Source of the DNA: Chrysochromulina tobinii
Taxonomy: Eukaryota
Length of the DNA: 35,734 nucleotides
Assembly: GCA_001275005.1 (NCBI GenBank)
Contig: JWZX01002930.1
Location: 1-35,734 of the forward strand
Reading direction: 5' to 3'
The position numbers and the translations under genes were made by a program. A model generated the notes under the pieces. That model saw nothing but the letters and a program-made list of their open reading frames with translations, was not told where the DNA came from and ran no database searches. Positions 35,088-35,734 of the stretch are shown here, one piece after another. Each line of letters starts with the position of its first letter. The stretch's first letter is position 1.

Positions 35088-35734
35088 ATGGCCAGCGATT
35101 TCGGCTTGCGTTACCTTTCACGTACTGTTTTAATGCTGCTTGCGATCAAATGGACCAGTGCATCGCCACCGGTCTCGCCGCCGCCACCATCACCGCCGCC
35201 CTCGCCGCCTCCACCCTCAACTCCTCCTTCACCGCCACCGCCGTCGCCTCCGCCCTGCCCACCGCCTCCCTCACCACCGCCCTCGCCGCCTCCACCCTCT
35301 CCACCTCCCTCACCGCCTCCGCCATCGCCGAATCCCTCGCCGCCACCTCCGAGCCCTCCACCGTCGCCTCCCCCTCCCTCTCCACCTCCCTCGCCGCCGC
35401 CACCTTCGCCGCCGCCATCACCTCCTCTACCCTCACCGCCACCTTTACCGCCACCGCCGTCGCCTCCACCCCGCCCGCCGCCTCCCTCACCACCGCCCTC
35501 GCCGCCACCGCCCTCGCCGCCACCGCCGTCGCCACCTCCCTCGCCGCCCTCGCCGCCTCCACTCTCGCCACCAGTGTCACCCGGATGCTTGTGCGCAAAT
35601 ACATGCATTTACGGCCGAGACAACATCTGCGACGACGGAGGCCCTGGCACCCTACCAGATACCAGATATTGCGCGTTAGGGACGGACTGCAATGACTGCG
35701 GCGAAAGATGCTTGCCACCGCCGTCGCCGCCTCG
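35088..35734 (+). CDS. Secreted/surface Ser-Pro-rich (extensin/pherophorin-like) protein with a Cys-rich CDDGGPG module; runs off the window end
   Basis: My translation from ATG 35088: MASDFGLRYLSRTVLMLLAIKWTSA-(SPPPPSPPP)n-GCLCANTCIYGRDNICDDGGPGTLPDTRYCALGTDCNDCGERCLPPPSPP. It has no stop in the window, so the ORF track omits it. Confidence 0.8.
   Translation, partial: MASDFGLRYLSRTVLMLLAIKWTSASPPVSPPPPSPPPSPPPPSTPPSPPPPSPPPCPPPPSPPPSPPPPSPPPSPPPPSPNPSPPPPSPPPSPPPPSPPPSPPPPSPPPSPPLPSPPPLPPPPSPPPRPPPPSPPPSPPPPSPPPPSPPPSPPSPPPLSPPVSPGCLCANTCIYGRDNICDDGGPGTLPDTRYCALGTDCNDCGERCLPPPSPP

Noticed and set aside
35111..35718. Gly-rich, His/Arg-rich and Ala/Thr-rich ORFs listed in the track
   Set aside because: They are alternative frames or antisense shadows of the Pro-rich repeat. 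Only the frame from 35088 yields a coherent Cys module.
1..35734. Fanzor/TnpB, transposase, reverse transcriptase, viral genes, rRNA/tRNA/snRNA
   Set aside because: No RuvC, DDE, YxDD, capsid or recognisable structural-RNA motifs were found by eye. A covariance-model and HMM scan would be needed to exclude divergent cases.

Overview
GC-rich, gene-dense, intron-poor eukaryotic nuclear DNA from an alga with a red-lineage secondary plastid. A haptophyte such as Chrysochromulina or Prymnesium is the best guess. This is an inference from a chlorophyll a/c light-harvesting gene with a bipartite presequence, a Ser/Pro-rich protein with a CDDGGPG Cys-rich module, and the compact high-GC layout. About 17-18 protein genes are present. 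Recognisable ones are a mitochondrial-type bL21, an Lhc/FCP, NOP2, an ABCG half-transporter, a PAP2/S1P-phosphatase-like protein, a PES-like alpha/beta hydrolase and an acylated ankyrin protein. Several have unusual domain fusions: VPS4-type MIT + PhyH-like 2OG-Fe(II) dioxygenase + poly-Pro + 2 UIMs; PPR-like + Upf1-like helicase + WW; PDZ + RING-CH membrane ligase; and 2x LamG + a Rossmann/MTase-like domain. Two GT-AG introns can be inferred, one directly after the ATG and one in-frame and hidden in a long ORF. Two genes each carry a single extra base in a C run. One gene at the right edge is missing from the ORF track. Non-coding DNA holds a probable 1.6 kb insertion with an HTH ORF, a ~80 bp minisatellite element present twice, a 32 bp motif shared across 31 kb, and a double-pseudoknot candidate. 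No CRISPR array, rRNA, tRNA or intact transposase/reverse transcriptase was recognised. All domain calls are by-eye motif recognition, not database searches.
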